NCBI GenBank assembly: GCA_030530245.1
Contig: JAUMVH010000002.1
Location: 1-35,794, forward strand
Length of the DNA: 35,794 nt
Direction of reading: 5' to 3'
Source of the DNA: Ruminococcus sp.
Lineage (GTDB): Bacteria; Bacillota; Clostridia; Oscillospirales; Ruminococcaceae
The notes under the pieces were generated by a model. It worked only from the letters and a program-made list of their open reading frames with translations. It was not told the DNA's origin and made no database searches. The translations under genes and the position numbers were made by a program. Shown here in pieces: positions 35,742 to 35,794 of the stretch; position 1 is the stretch's first letter; the number at the start of each line of letters is the position of its first letter.

Positions 35742-35794
35742 TCGCGGAAGCAGGCTTGCCTTTGGTGCAGAGTAAGCGAGCGTGCGAGCGACAG
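35742..35794 (-). repeat. Family-2 repeat copy, truncated by the window edge
   Basis: tcgcggaagca..tgcc..gtaagcgagcgtgcgagcgacag parallels 11372-11420. Confidence 0.7.

Overview
GC-rich chromosomal segment from a cellulosome-producing Ruminococcus-like Firmicute (Oscillospiraceae); two proteins carry dockerins, one of them resembling R. flavefaciens types. Left to right: a carbohydrate-uptake operon on the minus strand (giant solute-binding protein, two ABC permeases, NHL/TPR protein, YIP1 protein, and a DUF5696-like protein cut by the window edge); a small membrane protein plus XRE regulator with three palindromic operators; a NatAB-like ABC exporter; groESL with a CIRCE; dipicolinate synthase dpaAB; uvrC; three lipoproteins; rsmD-coaD; a Zn-finger membrane protein; a GH74-dockerin; a two-gene unit with LexA boxes followed by a PLP decarboxylase; tfoX-N, holB, ricT, queH, ybaK; hsp20 with tandem CIRCEs upstream of its neighbour; nadC; and a dockerin-M15B carboxypeptidase. 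The most notable items not explained by the ORF track are (1) a complete-looking type I toxin-antitoxin cassette (25-aa hydrophobic peptide with a convergent antisense RNA) directly upstream of uvrC, (2) a probable SOS-controlled operon encoding a stand-alone sigma-70 region-4 protein, (3) a lipoprotein with a toxin-like RNase domain next to a catalytic-domain-less M4 propeptide lipoprotein, and (4) about 25 GTAG-type REP hairpins plus two further repeat families in the intergenic spaces. No rRNA, tRNA, CRISPR array or transposase was seen. Family assignments come from motif recognition only; no database searches were run.
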